Shown here: positions 63,101-64,000 of the stretch, one piece after another
How the letters are laid out: every line of letters starts with the position of its first letter
Numbering within the stretch: position 1 is the stretch's first letter
Source: Tubiluchus corallicola
Taxonomy: Eukaryota > Animalia > Priapulida
Direction of reading: 5' to 3'
Length of the DNA stretch: 64,000 nt
Assembly (NCBI GenBank): GCA_030141605.1
Contig: JAQGDQ010000107.1
Span: forward strand, 494,265 to 558,264
Notes under the pieces: model-generated
Databases searched by the model: none
Told to the model about the DNA's origin: nothing
The model's input: only the letters and a program-made list of their open reading frames with translations
Made by a program: the position numbers and the translations under genes

Positions 63101-64000
63101 GCTAATATTAAACATCCAATACATGTCACAGTCACAAATCAGTCTGCTTCCCAAGAGAGCAAAATGTAAGTTTCCAGGATTGACATCTGGGTGCAGGAAG
63201 GGCTTTGACATCCGCTCGATTTTTGATCTCTGTGAAAAAATGATGGAACTGAGCAAGGGACTATTCCACAAATCCAGATTAGCTGTTTCCAATGCTTCAC
63301 AAGCAACAAAGGTCACTGATCTCAAACGCTTTAGTCGAGAGAATGCTTTGTGATGAACTTTCTTTAAGACTTTGCTATAGTTTACAGTGAAGTATTCAAG
63401 GCTTGGTGGCAGATCATTCTCAGATAGATTAACAAATGCAGATTTTTCAAATATTAGTGCTGTTACGTTTTTTTGGTCAAGAAACTTGTTTGGCAGCTTT
63501 TCGTCTTTGTAAAAATAGATTTTTAATTCTGATGGGACGTCTGTAATATGATTTACAATTTTTACCAATCTCCTGGAATTCATCTTGCTATCAGAGATGT
63601 TCGAAATGTCTGCGTCACCACAAACCAGTTTACAGGGCAATAGTGAAAGGGCAACACAAGTTCTTTTGTCAAAACTGCATTGTTGTTCAGGTGGGCAAAT
63701 GTCTGCAATAGTTAATTCAGTCGTACTAATTAACCCACTTTCCTTTAGTTTTGCATTTGGGAGATGTTCGCAGTCCACTTCCGATTTTCCCCAAAATTCA
63801 GCTATCCACGTCATCCGGCAATCACAGATTAAAGGATTTTTCACGAAGAAAAGGCCTAAGTCGTGGGAAACGCTTAAATGAAACTTTGGCCTGTCCAATG
63901 TGGTGATATTCGTGTTTTCTATCTGTAAACGCTCCAGTTTCTTCAGCTGGTCAAGCGACAATTTCAGCTCGTTCAATGTCGGACAATTTCCAATCAGAAT
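60170..64000 (-). CDS. Second modular GPI-type LRR gene (paralog of 50412-54704); 5' end lies beyond the window
   Basis: Frame open to the window edge (ILIGNCPTLNELKL); same module order; 2070-bp internal period; tail KSGNSVQLVAWHLPLLAKYLTFNYM. Confidence 0.88.
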   Translation of the reverse strand: MLIGNCPTLNELKLSLDQLKKLERLQIENTNITTLDRPKFHLSVSHDLGLFFVKNPLICDCRMTWIAEFWGKSEVDCEHLPNAKLKESGLISTTELTIADICPPEQQCSFDKRTCVALSLLPCKLVCGDADISNISDSKMNSRRLVKIVNHITDVPSELKIYFYKDEKLPNKFLDQKNVTALIFEKSAFVNLSENDLPPSLEYFTVNYSKVLKKVHHKAFSRLKRLRSVTFVACEALETANLDLWNSPLLSSIIFSQRSKIERMSKPFLHPDVNPGNLHFALLGSRLICDCDMYWMFNISWASREVDCYEPKIPHTEMNIDTIECDQPPTPTVIYPSKTCSISVSSCTVFSEDPCELHCGQVGRIDHVVMRQITAEIKPSIYRLVIFNYEDSRLPKWLLEGKHVKKLVLRQSAITTLVQNDLRNGFIEHFVVDDNPFLVSIDPKAFYFVGILKSISFLSCTQLAVANLDLRYNCNITQISFVGSKIQHMSKPTLYRRVKPENVSFQLLESRLICDCDAVWMMKVKWKHSFVDCWVPRVNHEDLKLTDFNCSMKNSSVVETTNSTWENFFPGCKRFIHEKPEGEKYEVRCRFDDTRPNETLWEKLKTKLKECNSPKVDSFVMERLYYDEIPKNFLDGFSIANVELVIMEDVRQIGAHFLNASHVERVKIANFAALRRINQFAYNNLIHLREIVILNCPSLSELKLSLDKLEKLERLHIEFTNITTMDKPNFHSNITKDFSLFFFKSPLICDCRMTWIAEFWEKSEVDCEHLPNAKLKENGLISTTELTIADICPPGQQCSFHKRTCVALSLLPCKLVCGDADISNISDSKMNSRRLVKIVNHITGVPSELKIYFYKDDKLPNKFLDQKNVTALIFEKCAFVNLSENDLPPSLEYFTVNYSKVLKKVHHKAFSRLKRLRSVTFVACEALETANLDLWNSPLINSINFTQGSKIERMSKPFLHPDVKRFNVYFALLGSKLICDCDMYWMFRVNWIYRRVDCYEPKISHLEMTIDMIECDQPPTTTVRPPSKSCSISVSSCTVFSEDPCELHCGQFGRIDHVVMRQISAEIKPYLYALVIFNYEDSRLPKWLLEGKHVKKLVLRQSAITTLVQNDIRNGFIEHFVVDDNPFLVSIDPKAFYSVGLLRSISFLSCTQLAVANLDLRYNRNITQISFVGSKIQHMSMPTLYEEVKTENVSFQLLGSRLICDCDAVWMMKAKWKHSFVDCWVPKVNHEDLKLTDFNCSMKTVSHTMPAKSGNSVQLVAWHLPLLAKYLTFNYM

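Noticed and set aside
51078-63881. Repeated short + strand ORFs inside the LRR genes, and antisense ORFs within the BEL elements
   Set aside because: Antisense shadows of real coding frames, repeated only because the host units are repeated.

Overview
Repeat-rich genomic DNA from a metazoan invertebrate; the taxon cannot be determined from the sequence. Host genes on the + strand: the last four coding exons of a Shal/Kv4 potassium channel (6.8-16.5 kb), a secreted cholinesterase-fold gene lacking all three catalytic-triad residues (33.8-37.4 kb), and exons of a claudin/PMP22-type gene (40.3-42.5 kb). These lie among satellites, microsatellites, MITEs, LINE remnants and three decayed BEL/Pao LTR-retrotransposon segments. 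The 48.8-64 kb region holds two copies of a minus-strand, intronless two-gene cassette: a predicted GPI-anchored protein built from repeated Cys-capped LRR mini-modules, and a secreted Cys-rich precursor with furin-type sites. Between the copies is a BEL/Pao element whose gag is preceded, in the same reading frame, by an intronless glycogenin (GT8) domain. That glycogenin-Gag arrangement and the mosaic LRR cassette are the two most unusual observations. All family assignments are from motifs read by eye; no database searches were run.
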